DNA of 64,000 nt from Mustelus asterias (taxonomy: Eukaryota), in assembly GCF_964213995.1 (NCBI RefSeq), contig NW_027590164.1:124001-188000 (forward strand). Direction: 5' to 3'. Below, piece by piece: positions 61,516 to 64,000 of the stretch. The translations under genes and the position numbers were made by a program. The notes beneath the pieces were generated by a model. That model was not told where the DNA came from, made no database searches, and saw only the letters and a list, made by a program, of their open reading frames with translations. Positions within the stretch are counted from its first letter, which is position 1; each line of letters opens with the position of its first letter.

Positions 61516-64000
61516 TTAAACAAATAACAGATGCATGTAAAAATGGAACAGCAATAATCATGGGGGATTTTACCCTCCATATTGATTGGTCAACTCAAGT
61601 CGGACGCGGTTCTTAGAATGCTGTCGCGATAGTTTCCTCGAACAGTGTGTTACAGAACCTTTGAGGGAGCAAGCTATCTTGGACCTGGGGTGGAGGGTGA
61701 TGCATGCAGCAGTGCCGCACAACCGTAGGATTCACTGGTTCACGGGATCCGAAGACTGCCCTTTCTGTGGCCTTGTGGAGTCCGTGGACCATGTCTATGT
61801 TGTGTGTCTTCGGCTGCACTCCCTTTATGTTTTCCTAAAGAACCTTTTATTGATGTTCTGTTTGCACTTCAGTCCCACACTCCTGATCTACGGACACCCG
61901 GTGCGGAGAGGGGAGTGTCGGGATGGCGACCTCCTCGTGAACCTGCTCCTGGGCCTGGCGGAACGCGCCATTTATCGGTCCAGGCAGCGGGCGATCGAGG
62001 GGGCCGTCCATCCTGACTGTCTTCCCCTCTACCGTGGCTACGTTCGCGGCCGGGTGTCCCTGGAGAGGGAGCATGCGGTGTCCACGGGCATGGTTGATGC
62101 CTTCCGCGCCCGCTGGACACCGCAGGGGTTGGGGTGCGTTATCGACCCTAATAATCACATTTTAATTTGATGTTTTTTAAGTTTCCTTTGTACTTTGATT
62201 TCTGTTCTGGCTGTTCCTCGCCCCCCCCCCCCCCCGCCTTTTGGGGAGCTGCCCCTTTTACTTTGTCCTGACTTAATCTAAGTTTGTTTATTTGGTTTGA
62301 CCTAAAAAGAGGGCAAGCTATCTTGGATCTGGTCCTGTGTAATGAGACAGGTAAAATTAATGATCTCCTTGTGAGGGATCCTCTTGGAATGAGTGATCAC
62401 AATATGGTTGAATTTCTAATACAGGTGGAGGGTGAGAAAGTAGCGTCCCAAACCAGTGTCCTCTGCTTGAACAAGGGGGATTACAAAAGGATGAGGGCGG
62501 AGTTGGCTAATGTAGCCTGGGAACACAGACTAATTGGAGGGACAGTTGAGGAACAGTGGAGGATGTTTACGGAGATTTTTCTCAGGACTCAGCAAAAATA
62601 TATTCCAGTGAAAAAGAAGGAATGTAAGAAAAGGGATAACCAGCCATGGATAACCAAGGAAATAAAGGAGAGTATCAAATTAAAAACAAATGCATACAGA
62701 GAGGCCAAAATTAGTGGCGAACTAGAAAATTGGGAAAGCTTTAAAAAACAACAAAAAGCTACCAAGAAAGCAATAAAGAAAGGAAAGATAGATTATGAAA
62801 GTAAACTGGCACAAAATATAAAAACTGATAGTAAAAGTTTTTACAAACATATAAAACGGAAAAGAGTGGCGAAAGTAAATGTTGGTCCCTTAGAAGATGA
62901 GAAGGGGGATTTAATAATAGGAAACGAGGAAATGGCCGAGGCCTTAAACAAGGTTTTTGTGTCGGTCTTCACAGTGGAGGACACAAATAGCTTACCAATA
63001 ATTGATGGTCATGGGACTGTAGGGTGTGAGGACCTTAAAACGATCACTATTACTAAAGAGGTAGTGCTGGGTCGGCTAATGGGACTAAAGGTACACAAGT
63101 CCCCTGGTCCAGATGGAATGCATCCCAGGGTACTAAAAGAAACGGCAGAAGAAATAGCAAATGCATTAGTTGTAAGTTATCAAAATTCACTGGACTCTGG
63201 GGAGGTGCCAGCTGATTGGAAAACAGCTAATGCAACGCCACTGTTTAAAAAAGGAGGTAGACAAAAGACAGGTAACTACAGGCTGGTTAGCTTAACATCC
63301 GGAGTTGGGAAAATGCTGGAATCTATCATTAAGGAAGAAATAGCAGGACAACTGGAAAAGAATGGTTTAATCAAGCAGACGCAGCATGGATTCATGAAGG
63401 GAAAGTCATGTTTGACTACTTTACTGGAATTTGTTGAGGATATAATGAGTGCGGTTGACAGAGGGGAACCGGTGGATGTGGTGTATTTAGATTTCCAGAA
63501 GGCATTCGATAAGGTGCCTCACAAAAGGTTGCTGCGTAAGATAAAGGTACACGGAGTTGGGGGTAAAGTATTAGTGTGGATTGAGGATTGGCTATCTAAC
63601 AGAAAGCAGAGAGTCGGAATAAATTGGTGCTTTTCCGGTTGGCAATCAGTGACTAGTGGCGTGCCGCATGGATTGGTGCTGGGGCCTCAACTATTTACCA
63701 TATACATAGACGATCTGGAGGAGGGGACCGAGTGTAGGGTAACAAAGTTTGCGGATGACACAAAGATGAGTGGGAAAGCAAATTGCGTGGAGGACACAGA
63801 GAGTCTGCAGAGAGATTTGGATAGGTTAAGTGAGTGGGCAAGGATCTGGCAGATGGAGTATAACGTTGGTAAGTGTGAGGTTATCCACTTTGGAAGGAAT
63901 AATAGTAAAATTGACTTTTATTTAAACGGTGAAAAATTACAACATGGTACTGTGCAGAGGGACCTGGGGTTCTTGTGCATGAATCACAAAAACTCAGTTT
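61516..64000 (+). mobile_element. CR1 ORF2 (endonuclease to RT), runs off window end; hosts a Tx1 insertion
   Basis: AIIMGDF, FLEQCVTEP.REQAILDL, SDHNMVEF, VVYLDFQKAFDKVPH, KFADDTKM in plus-strand sequence. Confidence 0.93.
61684..62312 (+). mobile_element. Tx1/L1-clade retrotransposon 3' end with ~15-bp target-site duplication
   Basis: DLGWRVMHAAVPHN..CPFCGLVESVDHVYVVC (CCHC knuckle), T-rich 3' UTR, taaaaaga end; gcaagctatcttgga at 61669-61683 and 62313-62327. Confidence 0.9.

Noticed and set aside
61152-62170. ORFs 61152..61616 and 61586..62170 as host genes
   Set aside because: They are chimeras across CR1/CR1 and CR1/Tx1 junctions.

Overview
Repeat-rich vertebrate DNA, very probably from a shark or other elasmobranch. 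The evidence is HE1-like SINEs sharing 3' ends with HER1/CR1 LINEs, shark-type TCR V segments and a shark-type GPCR exon. No complete, intact host protein-coding gene is visible. A large part of the window is retroelement: many CR1 copies (one near full length with an SGNH-esterase ORF1), RTE, Rex/Babar, a Tx1 3' end, Penelope-like fragments and tRNA-derived SINEs. Between these lie (i) a decaying tRNA cluster (Arg-ACG x2, Arg-CCT, Thr-TGT, Pro x3) plus a ~1.2-1.4 kb tandem repeat carrying about 10 tRNA-Val-like copies, split into two oppositely oriented arms (16.8-21.1 kb and 36.6-48.7 kb); (ii) three TCR alpha/delta-type V segments on the minus strand, each with a leader exon and a 23-bp-spacer RSS, all defective; and (iii) the first exon of a GPR139/142-like receptor. 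The most striking observations are as follows. A 158-bp insertion consists of the 28S rRNA R2 target-site sequence followed by an HDV-like ribozyme (an isolated R2 5' end) parked inside a tRNA-Val repeat. An apparently intact tRNA-Pro(AGG) gene carries an 18-nt intron, and two relic tRNA-Pro genes have insertions at the same place. A perfect 35-bp fold-back sits at a CR1 5' junction, and a 71-bp inverted CR1 patch has been copied into a V-gene CDR1. All alignments were made by eye, so element boundaries are approximate.
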